A stretch of DNA of 32,000 nt from an uncultured archaeon (GTDB taxonomy: Archaea > Asgardarchaeota > Jordiarchaeia > Jordiarchaeales > Jordiarchaeaceae). The notes beneath the pieces were generated by a model. It did no database searches. It was not told the DNA's origin and saw nothing but the letters and a program-made list of their open reading frames with translations. Below, one piece after another: positions 25,395 to 32,000 of this stretch (the first letter of the stretch is position 1; each line of letters starts with the position of its first letter). A program made the translations under genes and the position numbers. The stretch lies in the NCBI GenBank assembly GCA_964510585.1, contig CAZECW010000139.1, positions 3,333-35,332 on the forward strand. The letters are read 5' to 3'.

Positions 25395-26126
25395 ATGCAT
25401 TTTTTAACTAAAGTTGTTACTCAAAAAATTGATGATGCGGTTCATAGAAGGTTTATAAAGTTCTCTGTAGGGGAATTTGAAGGACCAGCAATTAGTGTAA
25501 GCGTTAAAAAGGACAGCATCAGATTTAGGGCTGCTTTCGACTACCAAGACTTTGTTTTAGAATTCATCATAAATAGGGTTCCCAATGTAGAGTGTAGCGT
25601 GAGGGGTAATATTTTTTCAAACCAAGACTTTTCAAGTGAGCTGGAAAAACTCGGAGTAAAGATGAAGAAATCAGGAGCCAACTATAAAGCGAAGATAAAT
25701 ACTAGTGTTCCTTCCGAAAAATTAAGAGAGGTATATAAAAGTATTGGTGATAAATCCACATTTCTCATAAGTATAAAACCCAATTCTGGTTCTTGGAATT
25801 TGGTTATGGGCACAAACTTTCCCAAGCCTTTGGCAGAGGTTAAGGATCCCACCAGTTTCTGTAAGGGAAGGATCGAAGCCAACGCGGAGGTTTTACAATC
25901 TCTTGTGGATGAGCTTGCCCCCGATTTTAGGGACGTGATTCCTTTGCCCTTTAAATCTTTAAACCTGTTTAATACTTATCGCATTAGTGAAATCATGTTT
26001 CCAGAGAATAAGGAAAAGCTGACACCTGCAGAAATAAGGGTGCAATCAAAGAGAAAAGGCGTGCTTTCCAGAACCTTAGAGGTAGACGAGCAAAAGTTTA
26101 AGAGAGAAATTGAATTTTTGGCCTAG
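25395..26126 (+). CDS. Conserved archaeal hypothetical protein
   Basis: GGAGG RBS before ATG 25395 (track starts at 25347); long ORF beginning MHFLTKVVTQKIDDAVHRRFIKFSVGEF; function unknown. Confidence 0.7.
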   Translation: MHFLTKVVTQKIDDAVHRRFIKFSVGEFEGPAISVSVKKDSIRFRAAFDYQDFVLEFIINRVPNVECSVRGNIFSNQDFSSELEKLGVKMKKSGANYKAKINTSVPSEKLREVYKSIGDKSTFLISIKPNSGSWNLVMGTNFPKPLAEVKDPTSFCKGRIEANAEVLQSLVDELAPDFRDVIPLPFKSLNLFNTYRISEIMFPENKEKLTPAEIRVQSKRKGVLSRTLEVDEQKFKREIEFLA

Positions 26127-26135
26127 TAATCTCAT

Positions 26136-26537
26136 TTATTTCAGTGAGAACTGTTTTTTGTATATTGATTCCAAGTTTTTAATGCCAGAACCTATATTTG
26201 ATTTTATTTCTTTTGTTATTTCTATCAGTTTTTCCTCCATATCCTGGAAGGATTCATACTTGCTTATAATCAGCACTACACTTCTTTTCATATCTCCGAA
26301 GTTCAAAAGTTGGCTTAGCACCTTTTTGTCTGATACCTGTAAACTTACTAATTCGTTTGAACTGCTGAGATCGCCCACAAAGTGCATACTAAAAATTTGG
26401 TTAGCGAAGTTGGGCGTTAATGACATATTTTTCGGAAACAAGGCTTCAACCGTTGCTCCGAGCTCACGATCCCATTTTAAAACAGCCAGTCCGAGAGGAA
26501 TACGGTCCACCCCACTTGCCAAAATCACTAATAGCAT
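26136..26537 (-). CDS. Small longin/uDENN-like domain protein (tentative)
   Basis: GLAVLKWDRELGATVEALFP fits the h-h-h-x-(F/W)D-x3-G-x-x-h-x-x-x-(Y/F)P start of longin-type domains. The start could be GTG 26510. Confidence 0.5.
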   Translation of the reverse strand: MLLVILASGVDRIPLGLAVLKWDRELGATVEALFPKNMSLTPNFANQIFSMHFVGDLSSSNELVSLQVSDKKVLSQLLNFGDMKRSVVLIISKYESFQDMEEKLIEITKEIKSNIGSGIKNLESIYKKQFSLK

Positions 26538-26938
26538 TTAATTTCTGATTTTTTTTCTCTCTAAAAGTTTGTTTTCTGTAAAGTTTTTTTCAACCAACTA
26601 CTTTATTGAGCGGGTTCAATCATATATACATAAATAAAATATTTTTTGGTAAAAATAACTCTTTTGGAACCTTTTTCAAAGCGTTGTAGATTTATCGGGC
26701 TACGTTTCCCTCATAAAGCTCTAAATCGCGAAAGAAGCTTTATAAACGCCCCTTTTTTGATACATACCGATCGATTCCACGTTACCTACATTTTGCTAGA
26801 ATAAATTAATAAATCTATTATTTTATTTAGTAACTTATACAAGTGTCTATACCTTCTAGGACTTAAGGGAAAGCTGCAAGCTCGGAAAAAAGAAGCAGAG
26901 TCTATAAGAGGTTATATAAGTGATGGAGGCCTTTTCTA

Positions 26939-27571
26939 TTGGTTGTTTACAGTATCTATATTAAGGACCGCACGGGAAAGACCCTATTTTCCAAAAGTTT
27001 CTCTAACCCATCTATTCCGGGAAGCGTATTTCCGAGCCTTATGACCGCAGCTTTGACCCTATTCACTAAAAACCGTGAAAAGTCTTTCCAGATAGTTCTC
27101 TCCAACATCAAGTTTACAATAGAGGAGTTTAATAGAATTATTTTTATTGCGGCTACCGACACCAAGACGGAGTTTAGAAAAGAACTGTTAAACATTGGAA
27201 CCGCCTTCATCAAGACCTTTGAGGGCAAATTTTTTCTCCTAGGAGATTTACTGAGTGGAATTAGCACGCCGGAGATAGAAGAGTTCGGGTACGTCATCGA
27301 TGAAGAAATTGCAAAAAGTGAGAGGGAGGAAAAACTTAGGAGGAAACCTAAAAGAATTTTGGAAATCTCCAGATTATTAGCTCCAAGAGCCTACGAGAGG
27401 AATGAGATACTAAAAAAATTCGGCAAAGAGGGAATTGACGTACTACTAATTTCCGAAGGAAACTATAGAATAAAACAGATCGCAAAAATTCTAGAAGTAG
27501 ACCAAAGCCTCGTAGAAAAAATAATTAACTTTGCACATTCCCATAACTGGTTAACATTCGTGCCTGAATAG
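26939..27571 (+). CDS. Longin-like N-terminal domain plus C-terminal winged-helix-like domain (tentative)
   Basis: SIYIKDRTGKTLFSKSF...IIFIAATD...LLNIGTAFIKTF has longin/sigma-adaptin-like topology. The C-terminal YRIKQIAKILEVDQSLVEKIINFAHSHNWLTF is wHTH-like. Confidence 0.6.
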   Translation: MVVYSIYIKDRTGKTLFSKSFSNPSIPGSVFPSLMTAALTLFTKNREKSFQIVLSNIKFTIEEFNRIIFIAATDTKTEFRKELLNIGTAFIKTFEGKFFLLGDLLSGISTPEIEEFGYVIDEEIAKSEREEKLRRKPKRILEISRLLAPRAYERNEILKKFGKEGIDVLLISEGNYRIKQIAKILEVDQSLVEKIINFAHSHNWLTFVPE

Positions 27572-27707
27572 AAATCCTAAATTTTTAACACACCACACTT
27601 TGCGGTGATTAAGTTAGGAATTCCTTCAACAGGTTCAATGCATTTAGGGGAAAAGTTTTATATCTGACTCGTATAATTGTTCTTCCGCAATTGTTTTTTG
27701 AGGTGGA

Positions 27708-29129
27708 TTGAGACTTGGAAACATAGTCGTAATGAAATTCGGTGGGAGTTGTTTAAAAGACTCTGCGTCATTCCATCGAATTTCGCAAATTTTGAAAGAT
27801 TATTCCAAAAACGAGTTAGTGCTGGTTTCTTCTGCCCTCTATGGAGTCACCAATAGCCTCATAGATTTATCCAAAAAGGCAGAAAGCCACAGCCCAAATG
27901 TAGAGAATGAATTCAAGTTGTTAAGTGATAAGCATACATCACTAATTGATAATATTCTTAAGGGCGAAGCTAGGGAGAAGGCTTCTTTGGAAGTTCAGAG
28001 AGAACTGGTTGAACTGAAAACTGTTCTGAAGGACATTTGGGATTTTGGTTTAAAACCTCAAAAGCTGGATTTGGTTTCCAGTTTCGGTGAAAGACTTTCC
28101 ACAATTATTCTCCACAGATACTTGGAGGCAAAGGGTTTCAGGTCGGTTTACGTAAGCTCCTATGACTTGATTTATACCACAAGCGAAGCTCAAAACGCAC
28201 TCCCCATCCTTGAGAAAACTGAACAAAAGGTGAAGGAGATTATACTCCCACTCTTGTCTGAGGGAAAAATACCTGTGGTAACCGGATTCTTTGGCAGAGA
28301 CAAACAGGGTAACGTGACCCTTCTGGGTAGGGGTGGAAGCGACTTCACCGCAACTATACTAGCATACAGCCTTAAGAATGAGAACAACGATGTGAAGGTT
28401 GTACTCTGGAAGGATGTAGATGGTTTACTCACGGCTAATCCCAAATTAGAACCCAGGGCGCATATCATAAGAGATATATCATATGCTGAGGCGAAAGAAC
28501 TGGCTTTCTTTGGAGCCAAGCTGCTTCACCCCCTATGTGTGTTTCCCGTTGAGAAAAAGGGTATCGCAATAGAAATTCGAAACTTTGACAATCCAAATCC
28601 AGACAGATACACCAGAATATCTAAGGGCATAAAAACAAAGGAGAGCGTGGTCAAGGCAATAGCGGAAATGAAGAATGTCAACATGATAACAGTGGAAGGA
28701 GAAGCTATGGTTTCGAGGCCAGGAACCGCCGCAAAGCTATTCGACCTGATGGGTAAAAACAATGTTAACATAATAATGATATCCCAATCATCATCCGAAA
28801 ATAACATAACATTTCTTGTTAGCGATGAGGATAAAAACAAAGCGATTAAGGCGCTAAATTGGTCACCCTTCTTCGGAAAAGAGTGGGTTAATGTAGAAAT
28901 GGAAGACGATGTAAGCCTAATAAGCGTTATAGGGGCAGGGATGAAAAACACTTATGGAGTTGCGGGAAGAATCTGTTCAGCCTTAGGAAGAGCCAAAGTA
29001 AACATAAGAGCCATCGCCCAAGGTAGTAGCGAGCTTAACATCTCCCTAGTAATATCAAGAAACGACCTTGAGAAAGCCGTTCGGGCCATCCACCAAGAGT
29101 TTAACCTACACGAAGACGAAGAAAAATGA
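27708..29129 (+). CDS. lysC: Aspartate kinase with two ACT domains
   Basis: VMKFGGS, SFGERLS, LLGRGGSDFTA, WKDVDGLLTANP, EAKELAFFGAKLLHP and ISQSSSE motifs. Confidence 0.95.
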   Translation: MRLGNIVVMKFGGSCLKDSASFHRISQILKDYSKNELVLVSSALYGVTNSLIDLSKKAESHSPNVENEFKLLSDKHTSLIDNILKGEAREKASLEVQRELVELKTVLKDIWDFGLKPQKLDLVSSFGERLSTIILHRYLEAKGFRSVYVSSYDLIYTTSEAQNALPILEKTEQKVKEIILPLLSEGKIPVVTGFFGRDKQGNVTLLGRGGSDFTATILAYSLKNENNDVKVVLWKDVDGLLTANPKLEPRAHIIRDISYAEAKELAFFGAKLLHPLCVFPVEKKGIAIEIRNFDNPNPDRYTRISKGIKTKESVVKAIAEMKNVNMITVEGEAMVSRPGTAAKLFDLMGKNNVNIIMISQSSSENNITFLVSDEDKNKAIKALNWSPFFGKEWVNVEMEDDVSLISVIGAGMKNTYGVAGRICSALGRAKVNIRAIAQGSSELNISLVISRNDLEKAVRAIHQEFNLHEDEEK

Positions 29130-29272
29130 ACTCAAAAAACAAACGAAATAAAAAATATTACCAATCATTGAAACATCACAATTTTTCAAAACTTAAACAG
29201 GGAGTGAGGAAGAACAAACCCTAAAATAATTGAACCTAATAGTTGATACGTTTTTCATGGAGGAGTTGCTTT

Positions 29273-29758
29273 ATGAGAATGATACTGGAAATAGAGCTAG
29301 CCGATGAGCCTGGACAGCTAATTAAAGCTTTGGAGCCCATCTCAAAATTTGGGGGAAACATTAGAGAAATAGCGCATCTAAGGGACCAGAAAAAGGGGAA
29401 TAAGTTGCCGGTATCGATAACCTTTGACCTCGACAGACAAGAAGACCTAGATAAAATTACTCATGCCATAAAGAATCAAAACGTTCTAATTATAAACGCG
29501 GGACCGGTAAAGAGCATATGCAAAAGGACAGTAATACTTGTGGGTCACGTTTTTGCCACAAATATCAAGGATACAATAGACAGAATTTTGGAGAAAAAAG
29601 TCGTTGTAAAGGAAGTCACGGCCCGTATAAAGCGTCCAGAAGAAGTTTCAACAGTAAAGTTCCAATTAGAGGCGGAGACCGAGGAGAAACTGGATGAAAT
29701 AATTGAAATCCTCAGAGGAGTGGGAGCGGAAAAAGATCTATTCGTTGTATGGAGTTGA
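29273..29758 (+). CDS. ACT-domain protein, typical archaeal partner of homoserine dehydrogenase
   Basis: IELADEPGQLIKALEPISKFGGNI...LVGHVF motif; GGAGGAG RBS before ATG 29273; lies immediately before hom. Confidence 0.85.
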   Translation: MRMILEIELADEPGQLIKALEPISKFGGNIREIAHLRDQKKGNKLPVSITFDLDRQEDLDKITHAIKNQNVLIINAGPVKSICKRTVILVGHVFATNIKDTIDRILEKKVVVKEVTARIKRPEEVSTVKFQLEAETEEKLDEIIEILRGVGAEKDLFVVWS

Positions 29759-29764
29759 ACCTAA

Positions 29765-30763
29765 TTGAAGATGGCACTTGTAGGATTTGGAAATGTGGGC
29801 AAAGCAGTAGTCCAAGTTATGCTGGAGAAAAGAGAAGTTCTCCAGAGAATCGGTTTTAATCCAGAAGTTGTAGCCATACTGGAAAAGGACGGAAGCTGGA
29901 TTGATGATAAGGGATTAAAACTCCAAGAAATTCTTTCCCTGGGGAAATCTTCTCCAGCTTGGAAAAGTAACACTGTCTCCAAGGAGATTATTCCAGAGCT
30001 TGACTGTGAACTGATAGTGGAAATGACTGTAACAAACATTGAAAATGGAGAGCCCGGATTAACCCACATCAAGGAAGCGCTTAACAGTGGTAAGGATGTG
30101 GTTACTTCAAATAAGGGGCCCCTGGTTCTGGCCTTCCCCGAGTTAATGGATATAGCAGAAAAAAAGCACAGAATCTTGCTCTATGAGGCCACTGTTGGAG
30201 GAGCTATACCCCTCTTCCATGTGGCGAGGGAAGCCCTCCTTGTAAACGAGATAATATCCATTACTGGGATTTTAAACGGGACCTCTAACTACATTCTCAC
30301 AAAGATGACCGAGGAGAGGATTTCGTTTAACGCAGCTCTCAGAGAAGCTCAAGAGAAAGGTTACGCAGAAGCGGATCCCACCTATGATATTGAAGGAATA
30401 GACGCCGCAGCCAAACTGGTGATTCTAGCCAACGGCATACTCAAAATGAAGAGAAGGTTTAATGAAGTTCAAATACAGGGTATAACTAAGGTCACACCAG
30501 AGATGATTGAACTAGCGATGGAGGATGGATACCTAGTTAAGCACATAGGATATGTAGATAGGAATAGAATAGAAGTTATGCCCCGCCTCATCCCACAGGG
30601 TTCACCACTGGCTGTTGGAGGCACTCTAAACGTTATCTCTTTTCACACCGATGTAGCCGAGGACATCACTCTCATCGGCAGAGGCGCGGGTCCAAGAGAG
30701 ACCTCCAGCGCAATCTTGGGAGATATTCTCTACATTAATAAGATTAGGAAAAGTGAAAGGTAA
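29765..30763 (+). CDS. hom: Homoserine dehydrogenase
   Basis: GFGNVG, VVTSNKGP, YEATVGGAIP, GILNGTSNYIL and GYAEADPTYDIEGIDAAAK motifs. Confidence 0.95.
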   Translation: MKMALVGFGNVGKAVVQVMLEKREVLQRIGFNPEVVAILEKDGSWIDDKGLKLQEILSLGKSSPAWKSNTVSKEIIPELDCELIVEMTVTNIENGEPGLTHIKEALNSGKDVVTSNKGPLVLAFPELMDIAEKKHRILLYEATVGGAIPLFHVAREALLVNEIISITGILNGTSNYILTKMTEERISFNAALREAQEKGYAEADPTYDIEGIDAAAKLVILANGILKMKRRFNEVQIQGITKVTPEMIELAMEDGYLVKHIGYVDRNRIEVMPRLIPQGSPLAVGGTLNVISFHTDVAEDITLIGRGAGPRETSSAILGDILYINKIRKSER

Positions 30764-30778
30764 AAGGTCGGAACATTA

Positions 30779-32000
30779 ATGGATTCAGATTCATGGTTGG
30801 AGTGCATAAATTGCCGCACAAAATATGACGCCAAAAAAATAATCTACACTTGTGAAAAATGTGGACATCTTCTAGACGTGAAGTATGGGAACCTAGAAAA
30901 GGCTCTAGACGGTGACTGGAAGAAGAGACCCATCTCAGTTTGGAAGTATTCTCCCTTCTTGCCAAAACTGAAGCAAGTTATAAGCCTGAATGAGGGAAAA
31001 ACCAATCTCTACCACTGTACTAACCTGTCGGATAAATTGGGGATAAATAACCTGTGGGTCAAGAATGAAGGGGAAAACCCTACGGGAAGCTTTAAAGATA
31101 GGGGGATGACCGTGGGTGTTTCTGTGGCCAAAAGTTTGGGGAGCAGAGTAGTAGCGTGCGCCTCCACTGGTAATACATCAGCATCATTGGCAGCCTATGC
31201 CTCTAAAGCCAAAATGGCCTGCGTGGTTTTCATACCCTCTGGAAAAATTGCCTTGGGAAAACTAGCCCAAGCAATGATGTACGGCGCCTTTGTTCTAGCT
31301 ATTAAGGGTAACTTTGACGAAGCTTTGGAATTGGTTCAGAAGTCATGTGAAAGGTTCCATATGTATTTACTCAACAGTCTAAACCCCTACCGCCTCGAAG
31401 GGCAAAAAACAATCGGATACGAAATAGTTGACCAGCTAAACTGGGAAGTACCTGATACAATTATTCTCCCCATAGGAAATGCGGGAAACATAAGCGCAAT
31501 TTATAAGGGTTTACTTGAATGGAAGGAAATCGGGTTAATAGAAAAAATTCCCAGAATGATAGGGATACAGGCTGAGGGTGCAGCACCAATTGCTGAGGCT
31601 TACAAGAAGGGAGAAAAAACAGTTACATTTGTGGAAAAGCCGGAAACCATAGCGACGGCAATCAGGATAGGGAAGCCCGTAAACTGGGAAAAAGCACTCA
31701 GAGCAATATACGGAACAAAGGGCCTCGCTGAGACCGTAAGTGACTATGAAATTCTAGAAGCCCAAAAGATGCTGGCAAGAACAGAGGGAATATTTGTGGA
31801 ACCCGCCTCCGCATCCTCAATAGCGGGCTTAAAGAAACTAATCGATAATAAAGTGATCGACAGAGACGAAAGAGTAGTTTGCATAACAACTGGGCATGGA
31901 TTAAAAGATCCAGACACAGCAATTAAATCCTGCGAGGAAGTAATACAGGTCCAAGCAGACATCACAGATATTGAAAAGACGCTAAATAAAATTTTGGCGG
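30779..32000 (+). CDS. thrC: Threonine synthase, nearly complete; stop lies beyond the window
   Basis: Not in the ORF track; translated by hand from ATG 30779: CINC...CEKC, KNEGENPTGSFKDRG (PLP Lys), ASTGNTSASLAAY, PIGNAGN, EPASAS and ITTGHGLKD. The frame is still in register at 32000. Confidence 0.95.
   Translation, partial: MDSDSWLECINCRTKYDAKKIIYTCEKCGHLLDVKYGNLEKALDGDWKKRPISVWKYSPFLPKLKQVISLNEGKTNLYHCTNLSDKLGINNLWVKNEGENPTGSFKDRGMTVGVSVAKSLGSRVVACASTGNTSASLAAYASKAKMACVVFIPSGKIALGKLAQAMMYGAFVLAIKGNFDEALELVQKSCERFHMYLLNSLNPYRLEGQKTIGYEIVDQLNWEVPDTIILPIGNAGNISAIYKGLLEWKEIGLIEKIPRMIGIQAEGAAPIAEAYKKGEKTVTFVEKPETIATAIRIGKPVNWEKALRAIYGTKGLAETVSDYEILEAQKMLARTEGIFVEPASASSIAGLKKLIDNKVIDRDERVVCITTGHGLKDPDTAIKSCEEVIQVQADITDIEKTLNKILA

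Noticed and set aside
409-31965. The many short ORFs in the track that overlap the long genes, e.g. 2093-2626, 9585-10007, 10956-11378, 13977-14468, 17436-17936, 26110-26541, 28526-28951
   Set aside because: These are shadow frames of well-supported genes. The two similar 140-aa antisense ORFs simply reflect the BKACE duplication.
27708-32000. ask-ACT-hom-thrC cluster as something novel
   Set aside because: Ordinary archaeal threonine biosynthesis operon with intact canonical motifs.
1-32000. tRNA, rRNA, CRISPR arrays, transposases or integrases
   Set aside because: None seen. GTTCAA matches near 22431, 26614 and 27633 lack cloverleaf context, and no regularly spaced repeats were found by eye.

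Overview
Archaeal genomic window with GGAGG/GAGGTG ribosome-binding sites, frequent TTG/GTG starts and oligo-T terminators. Two longin-like genes suggest an Asgard lineage; this is inference, not a database result. Positions 1-22.4 kb form a catabolic island. It holds acetone-carboxylase-type acxA/acxB, an MBL hydrolase, an SCP2-like protein, a corrinoid protein split by a 1-nt frameshift, a pyrrolysine-free MtmB-family methyltransferase and a FadH-type flavoprotein. It also holds two tandem beta-keto-acid cleavage enzymes (DUF849/Kce family), a two-subunit class I CoA-transferase homologue that appears to lack the catalytic Glu (IpdAB-like), and a lipoate ligase. The island ends with an Ltp4-Ltp3-DUF35-DUF35 cassette of Cys-less thiolase-fold proteins, a membrane gene with an in-frame TGA, and a degenerate plus an intact PaaK-family ligase. 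Positions 22.5-27.6 kb carry an SPFH/zinc-ribbon module, a YdjM-like hydrolase, a conserved hypothetical and two divergent longin-like genes. Positions 27.7-32 kb are an ordinary ask-ACT-hom-thrC operon. Best lead: several modules whose characterised relatives act on steroids or branched acyl-CoAs are co-located, suggesting an undescribed anaerobic steroid/terpenoid degradation system. All homology calls come from motif recognition and remembered reference sequences; no searches were run. I saw no tRNA, rRNA, CRISPR array or transposase.
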